Shown piece by piece: positions 46,951-52,816 of a DNA stretch of 52,816 bases. The DNA is from a virus (taxonomy: Duplodnaviria; Caudoviricetes). Position numbers and translations under genes: made by a program. Within the stretch, counting starts at the first letter, position 1; the number at the start of each line of letters is the position of its first letter. The notes beneath the pieces are model-generated. The model was not told where the DNA came from and ran no database searches. It was given only the letters and a program-made list of their open reading frames with translations. The stretch covers positions 1 through 52,816 of the IMG/VR virus record IMGVR_UViG_3300032284_000652; one strand, given 5' to 3'.

Positions 46951-49140
46951 ATGCCACTGACCAAGGGCAAATCCCAGAAGACCATCAGCCACAACATCAG
47001 CGAGATGATCGACGCTGGACATCCGAGGGATGTTGCCATCGCCGCTGCGCTGAACACGGCGCGGAAGGTGGCGAAGGCGGGCGGGGGTCCGACAGAGGCG
47101 CAGAAAGAGGCCGGAAACTACAAGAAGCATCACATGCGGTTTCAGGGCCTCGACATTGCCATTGAAAATCTCAAGGGCTCTACGCGCAGCGGCGTCGGCC
47201 CCACAGGTGCGCGGTGGTCTGTCGTCATGCCCGCCGACTATGGCTACATCAAACGGACGGAGGGCGCAGACGGCGACCATGTCGATTGCTATGTCGGACC
47301 TCACTCCGATAGCAGAGAGATTTACGTCGTTGATCAGATCGACCCCCGCACCAAAAAGTTTGACGAGCACAAATGCTTCCTCGGCTTCAAGTCGGAGGCT
47401 GACGCCGTCAAGACCTACGACCGTGGGTTCAGCGACGGCAGCGGCCCCCGCCGCCGCGCTTCTGTCCACACTATGACAATGCAGGAATTCAAGCATTGGT
47501 TGGAGTTCGGCGACACGACAAAGCGCGTAGCCCGCGCCTCCGGCGGCGGCCTCTACGCCAACATCCACGCCAAGCAGGAGCGCATCGCCCACGGCTCCAA
47601 GGAGCACATGCGCAAGCCCGGTGCGGCGGGAGCGCCCACGGCGGCGGCCTTCAAGCAGTCGGCGCGGACGGCCAAGGCGGGTGGCGGTGAGACTGAGAAC
47701 AAGAACTACGGCTCTCACAAGGGCCGTCCGTTCTGGTCTGGGATTTATGACACGCGAGATGGATTCATCCGAGAGACCCACCCTTATGAAAGGGCGGAAA
47801 AAGTAGACTTCCATCATTCGTACTATGTCAGCCCGCAGTCTCAGGATGCCATGCGCCATGGCGAGGCTGGGTTCTTCTGGATGGAACCCGACAAGTCCAT
47901 TCAAACGCATTGGCGCGATGGCGAAGCCCCTCCGCACATTGTCCGCGCTATCAAAGCGCAGCTTGATCCCGTCATCCAGAACGCGGGTGGCGGCGATGTG
48001 GAAGGTCGCTACCTAAATGCTCAAGGACTTTACAGCGCCCGCGCCTCCGGCGGAGGCCTCTACGCCAACATCCACGCCAAGCAGCAGCGCATCGCCCACG
48101 GCTCCAAGGAGCACATGCGCAAGCCCGGCAGCCCCGGCGCTCCCACGGCGGCGGCCTTCAAGCAGTCCGAACGCACCGCCCGCGCTGACGGCGGCCCCGT
48201 CCTCACGCCCCACGGCACGGTGGAGGACCACGGCCGCACCATGCCGGAGACGGCCCACACGCTGGCCCTGCAGCATCAGGCGCTGCTGGAGGGCCGCAAG
48301 GCGGCGGTCCTGTACCCCCACAATGGCCACAAGCCGCCCCACCCCGCCCACGGGCAGGGCGTGACCAGCATCAAGGACGGCATTGTCCACTACAACCCGG
48401 CCGTGCTGACCGAGCATCAAATCCACGCGGCGGCCGACGCTGACCGGCTCAACGAAATTCTGGGCCTCGGGCCGTTCAACAAGAACGACGTCTGGCAGCG
48501 GGTGCAAAACGGGGAGCGGTCTGTGGGCGTGGTGTCGCGCGACAGGCACGGCCATGAGGCATCGGCGGCGTTGGGCACTGAGGAGACCGCCCCCGCCCAA
48601 ATGGAAGCCCTGCAGGCCCACATGCCCGAGGGCGGCAGCGTCAGCATCGAGCACCCCATGGAAACTCTACAAGGACGCCAAGCGCACGCCTCCGGCGGCC
48701 AAGTGACCGAGAAGCTGCACACGGGCCCGATTTACTCCCCGGTGGCCGGGCGCACCGATCACCTGCCCATGCACGTCCCCAGCGGCTCCTATGTGATCCC
48801 GGCGGACATCATCAGCGCCATGGGCGAGGGCAACACCATGGCGGGCTTCAAGCACATGCGGCGCATGTTCTCGGGCGCTCCCTACGGCGGCGACGGGGAC
48901 GTGCCCTACGGCGGCTCCGGCGGGCCCTACAACGAGCCCCTGAAGGCGAGCGGCGGCTCGACCCAGTCGGTGCCCATCGTGGCCGCTGGCGGTGAATATG
49001 TGTTGGCACCCCATGAGGTGAAATATGCGGGCGGCGGCGACCTTGACGCTGGCCACCGCGTTCTGGATGACTTCGTGAAGCGTTATCGTTCCCAGACCAT
49101 CAAGACGTTGTCTAAACTTCCGGGGCCAAAGCGCGATTAA
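46951..49140 (+). CDS. Modular GG-delimited polyprotein including an inorganic-pyrophosphatase-like domain
   Basis: Eight xAxGG boundaries; PTEAQKEAGNYKK...IEN.KGS.RSG...DYGYI..T.GADGDHVD...FDEHK..LGF domain; duplicated LYANIHAK module. Confidence 0.8.
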   Translation: MPLTKGKSQKTISHNISEMIDAGHPRDVAIAAALNTARKVAKAGGGPTEAQKEAGNYKKHHMRFQGLDIAIENLKGSTRSGVGPTGARWSVVMPADYGYIKRTEGADGDHVDCYVGPHSDSREIYVVDQIDPRTKKFDEHKCFLGFKSEADAVKTYDRGFSDGSGPRRRASVHTMTMQEFKHWLEFGDTTKRVARASGGGLYANIHAKQERIAHGSKEHMRKPGAAGAPTAAAFKQSARTAKAGGGETENKNYGSHKGRPFWSGIYDTRDGFIRETHPYERAEKVDFHHSYYVSPQSQDAMRHGEAGFFWMEPDKSIQTHWRDGEAPPHIVRAIKAQLDPVIQNAGGGDVEGRYLNAQGLYSARASGGGLYANIHAKQQRIAHGSKEHMRKPGSPGAPTAAAFKQSERTARADGGPVLTPHGTVEDHGRTMPETAHTLALQHQALLEGRKAAVLYPHNGHKPPHPAHGQGVTSIKDGIVHYNPAVLTEHQIHAAADADRLNEILGLGPFNKNDVWQRVQNGERSVGVVSRDRHGHEASAALGTEETAPAQMEALQAHMPEGGSVSIEHPMETLQGRQAHASGGQVTEKLHTGPIYSPVAGRTDHLPMHVPSGSYVIPADIISAMGEGNTMAGFKHMRRMFSGAPYGGDGDVPYGGSGGPYNEPLKASGGSTQSVPIVAAGGEYVLAPHEVKYAGGGDLDAGHRVLDDFVKRYRSQTIKTLSKLPGPKRD
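47530..48167 (+). repeat. Two near-identical 131-bp direct repeats (47530-47660 and 48037-48167)
   Basis: Both encode ARASGGGLYANIHAKQ.RIAHGSKEHMRKPG..GAPTAAAFKQS. Confidence 0.95.
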
Positions 49141-49186
49141 GGATGATGAAATTCCCCATGAACCTTAATGGCCGCAAGGATTGAAT

Positions 49187-49702
49187 ATGACCGAGACCCC
49201 AGAGAAGCTGTCCGTCCGCATCGGCACGCCGGAGGATGTCCACCGCATGATGGACATCGCGCTCATGGCCACGTCCGAGAACAGCTTCGCGTCTCCCAAC
49301 AAGATGAAGCTGCTGCAGGAAATCTGGGCCGCCCTGAACCTGCGCCATGGCCTTGTCGGCATCATCGGCGAGCCCGGCGAGATGATCGAGGGCGCGGTCC
49401 TGCTGCGCATCGGGCAGGTCTGGTACAGCGACGAGCCGATCCTTGAGGAGAAGGCCATCTTCATCCACCCGGACTATCGCAGCGCCAAGGGAGGGCGTGC
49501 GGCCCGGTTGTGTGAGTTTTCCAAGAAGGCTTCCGATGAATTGGGCATCCCCTTGACCATCGGGGTCATGAGCAACGAAAGAACTGCAGCCAAGGTGCGG
49601 ATGTATACCCGCATTATGGGGCCTCCCAGCGGGGCATATTGGTTGTATAACACCACGACCGGCGGGCACGGCATCGCTGCACCTGTGGCAGAAAAGGACT
49701 AA
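49187..49702 (+). CDS. GNAT-fold acyltransferase-like protein
   Basis: VRIGTPEDV...IFIHPDYRS..G.RAARL...K; directly upstream of the first ejection gene. Confidence 0.65.
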   Translation: MTETPEKLSVRIGTPEDVHRMMDIALMATSENSFASPNKMKLLQEIWAALNLRHGLVGIIGEPGEMIEGAVLLRIGQVWYSDEPILEEKAIFIHPDYRSAKGGRAARLCEFSKKASDELGIPLTIGVMSNERTAAKVRMYTRIMGPPSGAYWLYNTTTGGHGIAAPVAEKD

Positions 49703-49705
49703 GCT

Positions 49706-52700
49706 ATGGGCGGCAAGAGCAGCACTTCAACACAGCAGGTTTCGATCCCCCCCGAAGTGCTGGCCCGTTATAACTCCGTCAACGCCACGGCGGAGCAGGC
49801 TGCCGCCCAGCCCTTTCAGGCCTACAACGGCCAGTTCGTGGCCCCGCTGTCCTCCACGCAGGAGGCCGGGATCGCCAACACCAACACCGCCGCCGGTCAG
49901 GCGCAGCCCTACTATCAGCAAGCCACAGGCACTCTCATGGGCGCGCAGCAGGCGACCTCGCCCTACTATCAGGCCGCCACGCAGGCCCTGATGTCCGGCC
50001 TCGGACAGGGCGGCTACGGCACGCAGGCCGCTTACGGATCGCTCTACGGCGCGAACGCCGCTGCCGCGCCCCTGCAGGCCGCCGGGGCCTACAACATGGG
50101 CGCAGCCTACGCTGGGGCCCAGCCGTTCAATCGGCAGGCTGCTCAGGGCCTCGGGGCCGCGCAGCAGGCTGGCGCTGGCTATACCGCGCAGGGCTACAAC
50201 AGCGCCCAGCCCTACAACATGGCCGCTACCGGGCTTGCGGCGGCGGGCGCTGCTCCGGTGAATGCCCAGCAGATCGGCGGGCAGCAGATCGGCCAGTTCA
50301 TGTCGCCCTATATCGGGTCGGTCCTGCAGGGCACTGAGGGCATCCTGAATCAGCAGAACCAGCAGGCCCTGTCCGGCCAGCTTGGCAATGCGATCCAGTC
50401 CGGGGCCTTCGGCGGGGACCGGGCCGGGCTGGCGGCCGCGAACCTTGCGCAGCAGCAGCAACTGGCGAACGCCCAGACCTACTCCGGCATCCTGAACCAA
50501 GGCTACGGGCAGGCGCTGGCGGCCGCGCAGCAGCAGCAGGGCGTGAACTTGAGCGCCGAGCAGGCGAACCGCGCCGCCCTGCAGCAGGCGTCGGGCCAGA
50601 TGCTGGGCATCGGCCAGCAGGGATACGCGCAAGGCCTCGGGGCCGGGCAGCAGCTTTACGGGCAGGGCCTGTCCGCAGCCCAGCAGCAGGCCGCGCTTGG
50701 CCAGCAGCTTTACGGGCAGGGCATGGGCCTCGCCTCGGCGCAGACCGGCCTCGGGCAGCAGCTTTACGGGCAGGGCGCGACGACATCCCAGCAGCAGGCT
50801 GCGCTGGCCCAGCAGCAATACGCTCAGGGCCTCGGCGGCGCGAGCGGGCTGTCCAGCCTCGGCCAGAACATTTACGGCACTGGCGCTCAGACCGCGCAGC
50901 AACTGGCCGCACTGGGGACCGGCGCTCAGGGCGCGTCCCTCGCCGGGGCTCAGGCCCAGCTTGCCGCCGGTCAGCAGCAACAGCAGACCCAACAGGCGCA
51001 GGATCAGGCTCTCTACAACCAGTTTCTGCAGCAACAGTCCTATCCGTTCCAGACGGCCCAGTTCCTCGCGAACATCGCGGAGGGCACCGGCTCGCTGTCT
51101 GGCTCGACCACGACCACGACGCAGCCGGGCGGCTTCTTCTCCGACGAGCGGCTGAAGGAGAACATCAAGCCCATCGGTAAGACGAACGACGGGCAGACGA
51201 TCTACAGCTACAACTACAAGGGCGACCACCGCACCCAGATCGGCCTGCTGGCGCAGGAGGTCGAGAAGCGCCACCCCGAGGCCGTGGGCCTCGCGGGCGG
51301 CTATAAGACCGTGGACTACGCCAAGGCGACCCACGACGCCGAGCGCCATCGCCGGGCCTCTGGCGGCGGTCTGGTGGGCGCTGGAGACGCCTACAGGGGC
51401 TTCGCTGACGGCGGCGTGCCCGGCTTCGACCCCACGCTGGCCCAGAGCATGGCCGCCACCGAGACCGGCATGTTTGGCCCCTATGGCACGTCCGGTGGCC
51501 TTGGCGGCGGCCACAGCCGCGTGCCCGGCGCGACCCTGCCGGTCGGCCATCTGCAGACCGCTGGCGCCCTCGCGCCGCAGAAGTCCGGCCTTGAGCAAGG
51601 GGCCGAGATGGCCAACCTGCTGGGAACCGCCGAAAAGGATTACGACTGGGCCAAGAAGACGTTTGCCGGCTCATGGCGCGGTGGGCTGCGCGGCGGTTAC
51701 GCCGATGGCGGCATGCCTTACGGCCAAGAGACGCAGGGCCTCGACATTCCCGACGAACAAAAGTCCACGCCTCAACTTGCGACGGCCCAAGGCTCGCCCG
51801 GCAAGGGCCGCAGCGGCATGGACGATGTCATGGACATGGCAAAGATCGCGACCATGGCTATGAAACTCAAGCGTGGCGGCCGGATCGGCAAGGCGGACGG
51901 CGGCGGCTTTGACGACGACTCGTGGGATGCGAACTGGGACGACGACGGCACGCCCTTTGGCGATACGACGGCAGATTCATCCGCCACCAATACGTACGAT
52001 ATCGCCGCGCTGTTGAACAAGATTAACCCCTTCGCCTCGCATCAGCAAAATGTGCAGCATCCTGCCGCGCCTGCGCCCGCGCCCACCAACATGACTGGTG
52101 GATTGGCTGGAGCCATCGCCAAAGTCGAGGGCGTCGGCAAAAACCCGACCTCCTCCGCCAAGGGGATGTATCAACTGACCGACCCCACCTTCATTGACAT
52201 GTACCGCAAGAACTTCGGCGATCAGGCCAAGGCCATGAGCGACAAGCAGATCATTGCCCTGCGCAACAGTCCGCAAGGTGAGCAACTTTCCGAAGCGCTG
52301 GGCCCGAAGCTGATCCAGCACAACATCAATGTCCTGCGTCAGAACGGCGTGAACACCACCGCTGGCAATGTCTACCTTGCGCACTTCCTCGGGCCGTTTG
52401 CGGCCATCAGGGTGCTGAATGCCCACCCCGACCAGAACGTGGCCGATATTGTGTCTCACAGCGCTATTCACGCCAACAAAAGCATCCTTCAGGGCAAGAG
52501 CGTCCGCGATGTGATCAATTGGGCGCAGCAGAAGATGGCCCATGCCGGGGCCGACCCGCGCACCGCCTTCGCCAAGGGCGGGCTGGCCGGATCACGCAAG
52601 GGCTACAGTGGAGACGATGGCGACAGCTACGTCGATGGCGCGTTCCCGGGCGACACCGATCCATACGCACCGGATCAGGCGACGCCCTACACGCCGCCGC

Positions 52701-52816
52701 CGGGCGGCGGCCCGACAAGCAAGGCCACGCCCGACACCGCGCCGCAGGGCGGCGGCCCGACAAGCAAGGCCACGCCCGACACCGCGCCGCAGGGCGGCGG
52801 CCCGACAAGCAAGGCC
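49706..52816 (+). CDS. N-terminal part of giant ejection polyprotein: Gln-rich DNA-transfer region, S74 autoprocessing domain, GG-linked segments, lytic transglycosylase-like domain
   Basis: Open from ATG 49706 (MGGKSSTSTQQVSIPPEV) to the contig end; SDERLKENI...IGLLAQEVEKRHPEAV at 51140; AIAKVEG..KNPTSSAKGMYQ...VYLAHFLGP at ~52110-52400. Absent from the ORF track because it has no stop in the window. Confidence 0.88.
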   Translation, partial: MGGKSSTSTQQVSIPPEVLARYNSVNATAEQAAAQPFQAYNGQFVAPLSSTQEAGIANTNTAAGQAQPYYQQATGTLMGAQQATSPYYQAATQALMSGLGQGGYGTQAAYGSLYGANAAAAPLQAAGAYNMGAAYAGAQPFNRQAAQGLGAAQQAGAGYTAQGYNSAQPYNMAATGLAAAGAAPVNAQQIGGQQIGQFMSPYIGSVLQGTEGILNQQNQQALSGQLGNAIQSGAFGGDRAGLAAANLAQQQQLANAQTYSGILNQGYGQALAAAQQQQGVNLSAEQANRAALQQASGQMLGIGQQGYAQGLGAGQQLYGQGLSAAQQQAALGQQLYGQGMGLASAQTGLGQQLYGQGATTSQQQAALAQQQYAQGLGGASGLSSLGQNIYGTGAQTAQQLAALGTGAQGASLAGAQAQLAAGQQQQQTQQAQDQALYNQFLQQQSYPFQTAQFLANIAEGTGSLSGSTTTTTQPGGFFSDERLKENIKPIGKTNDGQTIYSYNYKGDHRTQIGLLAQEVEKRHPEAVGLAGGYKTVDYAKATHDAERHRRASGGGLVGAGDAYRGFADGGVPGFDPTLAQSMAATETGMFGPYGTSGGLGGGHSRVPGATLPVGHLQTAGALAPQKSGLEQGAEMANLLGTAEKDYDWAKKTFAGSWRGGLRGGYADGGMPYGQETQGLDIPDEQKSTPQLATAQGSPGKGRSGMDDVMDMAKIATMAMKLKRGGRIGKADGGGFDDDSWDANWDDDGTPFGDTTADSSATNTYDIAALLNKINPFASHQQNVQHPAAPAPAPTNMTGGLAGAIAKVEGVGKNPTSSAKGMYQLTDPTFIDMYRKNFGDQAKAMSDKQIIALRNSPQGEQLSEALGPKLIQHNINVLRQNGVNTTAGNVYLAHFLGPFAAIRVLNAHPDQNVADIVSHSAIHANKSILQGKSVRDVINWAQQKMAHAGADPRTAFAKGGLAGSRKGYSGDDGDSYVDGAFPGDTDPYAPDQATPYTPPPGGGPTSKATPDTAPQGGGPTSKATPDTAPQGGGPTSKA
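52702..52816 (+). repeat. 45-bp coding tandem repeat, right end of contig
   Basis: Same unit as at 1-122. Confidence 0.97.

Noticed and set aside
47530-48167. Diversity-generating retroelement template/variable repeat pair
   Set aside because: No reverse transcriptase in the genome; differences are not adenine-specific; both copies are coding in one ORF.
49727-51598. 623-aa Leu-rich minus-strand ORF
   Set aside because: Leu runs are the reverse complement of CAG (Gln) codons in the real plus-strand gene.

Overview
The window is almost certainly a complete, circularly assembled ~52.7 kb tailed-phage genome. The first 92 bp equal the last 92 bp, and both ends fall inside a 45-bp coding tandem repeat. 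It is GC-rich and podovirus-like: terminase, portal, scaffold, capsid, adaptors, nozzle and ejection proteins are present, with no recognisable tail tube, sheath or tape measure gene. The host is probably alphaproteobacterial, based on GcrA-like and CtrA/OmpR-like genes. I see no integrase, tRNA or CRISPR array. Layout: ejection/fibre/holin genes 1-8.2 kb; leftward nuclease-SSB operon 8.2-10 kb; early and replication genes 10-22.7 kb; possible packaging-site region and small genes 22.8-25.2 kb; morphogenesis 25.2-52.8 kb. The most striking signal is a short motif, [RKHFY]-[AKS]-x-G-G-x-[VIAL], that I count roughly 35-40 times in six late proteins. It sits at the borders of swappable modules: an ADP-ribosyltransferase-like domain, a pyrophosphatase-like domain, a transglycosylase and His/Arg-rich peptides. 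This suggests a di-glycine-delimited polyprotein/cargo-loading system for delivering effectors in the virion. Also notable are a ~1590-aa ejection polyprotein missed by the ORF track, a C5 methyltransferase with a second gene nested in another frame, and a repeated promoter/operator cassette. All family assignments come from motif recognition by eye; no searches were run.
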